From Balanoglossus misakiensis (Eukaryota > Animalia > Hemichordata): 64,000 nucleotides of DNA. The stretch spans positions 124,001-188,000 of the forward strand of contig JBECUI020000026.1 of NCBI GenBank assembly GCA_040954595.2. Reading direction: 5' to 3'. A program made the translations under genes and the position numbers. Positions 62,201-64,000 of this stretch are shown piece after piece; positions within the stretch are counted from its first letter, which is position 1; each line of letters begins with the position of its first letter. Under the pieces are notes generated by a model. The model was given only the letters and a program-made list of their open reading frames with translations. It was not told the DNA's origin and ran no database searches.

Positions 62201-64000
62201 AAAATCGACGAAATTTTGAGATTTTGCATAATCGAAAATGTGTCATTTTTTGATGATTTTCACCCATAATTTTTTTTCAAAAATCGACGAAATTTTGAGA
62301 TTTTGCAAAGACGAAAATTTGTCATTTTTTGATGATTTTCATCCATGATTTTTTTTTTAAAATTGACGAAATTTTGAGATTTTGCAAACTCGAAAATTTG
62401 TCATTTTTTGATGATTTTCACCATGATTTTTTTTCAAAAATGGACGAAATTTTCAGATTTTGCAAAGTCGAAAATTTGTCATTTTTTGATGAATTTCACC
62501 CATGATTTTTTTCAAAAATCGACGATTTTTAAGATTTTGCAAAGTCGAATATTTGTCATTTTTTGATGATTTTCACCTGTTTTTTTTAAAAAATCGACGA
62601 ACCCATGATTTTTTTCAAAAATCGACGAAATTTTAAGATTTTGCAAAGTCGAAAATTTGTCATTTTTTGATGATTTTCACCAATGTTGTTTTTAAAAAAT
62701 CGACGAAATGTTGAGATTTTGCAAAGTCGAAAATTTGTCATTTTTTGATGATTTTCACCCATGATTTTTTTCAAAAATCGACGAAATTTTGAGATTTTGC
62801 AAAGTCGAAAATTTGTCATTTTTTGATGATTTTCACCCATGATTTTTTTCAAAATTGACGAAATTTTGAGATTTTGCAAAGTCGAAAATTTGTCATTTTT
62901 TGATGATTTTCACCTATGATTCTTTTCAAAAATCGACAAAATTTTAAGATTTTGCAAAGTCGAAAATTTGTCATTTTTTGATGATTTTCACCTGTTTTTT
63001 TTTAAAAATCGACGAACCCATGATTTTTTTCAAAATCGACGAAATTTTGAGATTTTGCATAATCGAAAATGTGTCATTTTTTGATGATTTTCACCCATAA
63101 TTTTTTTTCAAAAATCGACGAAATTTTGAGATTTTGCAAAGACGAAAATTTGTCATTTTTTGATGATTTTCACCATGATTTTTTTTCAAAAATCGACGAA
63201 ATTTTGTGATTTTGCATAATCGAAAATGTGTCATTTTTTGATGATTTTCACCCATGATTTTTTTCAAAATTGACGAAATTTTGAGATTTTGCAAAGTCGA
63301 AAATTTGTCATTTTTTGATGATTTTCACCCATGATTTTTTTCAAAATTGACGAAATTTTGAGATTTTGCAAAGTCGAAAATTTGTCATTTTTTGATGATT
63401 TTCACCTATGATTCTTTTCAAAAATCGACAAAATGTTAAGATTTTGCAAAGTCGAAAATTTGTCATTTTTTGATGATTTTCACCTGTTTTTTTTTAAAAA
63501 TCGACGAACCCATGATTTTTTTCAAAATCGACGAAATTTTGAGATTTTGCATAATCGAAAATGTGTCATTTTTTGATGATTTTCACCCATAATTTTTTTT
63601 CAAAAATCGATGAAATTTTGAGATTTTGCAAAGACGAAAATTTGTCATTTTTTGATGATTTTCACCATGATTTTTTTTCAAAAATCGACGAAATTTTGTG
63701 ATTTTGCATAATCGAAAATGTGTCATTTTTTGATGATTTTCACCCATGATTTTTTTCAAAATTGACGAAATTTTGAGATTTTGCAAAGTCGAAAATTTGT
63801 CGTTTTTTGATGATTTTCACCTATGATTCTTTTCAAAAATCGACAAAATTTTAAGATTTTGCAAAGTCGAAAATTTGTCATTTTTTGATGATTTTCACCT
63901 GTTTTTTTTTAAAAATCGACGAACCCATGATTTTTTTCAAAATCGACGAAATTTTGAGATTTTGCATAATCGAAAATGTGTCATTTTTTGATGATTTTCA
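41288..64000. repeat. 78-bp AT-rich satellite, >22.7 kb, open at the right edge, with higher-order repeats
   Basis: Consensus atgatttttttcaaaaatcgacgaaattttgagattttgcaaagtcgaaaatttgtcattttttgatgattttcaccc. Roughly 290 monomers with 76-bp, deletion and +26-bp variants. Confidence 0.99.

Noticed and set aside
41135-63786. Many MGENHQKMTNFRLCKISKFRRFLKKI-type ORFs
   Set aside because: Satellite translations that frameshift with each poly-T length change.

Overview
This is metazoan genomic DNA (AT-rich, spliceosomal introns, dense interspersed repeats), not prokaryotic. The repeat types suggest a marine invertebrate, but that is a weak inference. About half the window is satellite: a 90/74-bp two-monomer array (~6660-16498) and a 78-bp T-tract array running from ~41288 off the right edge. 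Between them, on the minus strand, I reconstructed 14 exons (35232 down to 17331) of an uninflatable (Uif)-like gene: C-type lectin, CUB x3, Sushi/CCP x3 and EGF x2. The gene looks damaged. It has an in-frame TGA at a conserved Trp, a CUB1 exon with no phase-compatible donor, and no LDLa or CUB2b exon that I could find. The rest is nested mobile DNA: a 5'-truncated LINE carrying a young TTAA-flanked long-TIR element, several TTAA (Kolobok-like) and TA MITEs, a MULE-like MITE, Helentron-associated (HINE-like) elements, an L2 fragment and two large hairpin elements. One 617-bp CACAGTA...TACTGTG element with a CCCCC target duplication resembles Transib/RAG-like transposons. I found no CRISPR, rRNA or tRNA, and no clear-cut novel system. 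The best leads are the RSS-like MITE, the decaying Uif copy between two satellites, and a possible Helentron origin of the 78-bp satellite.
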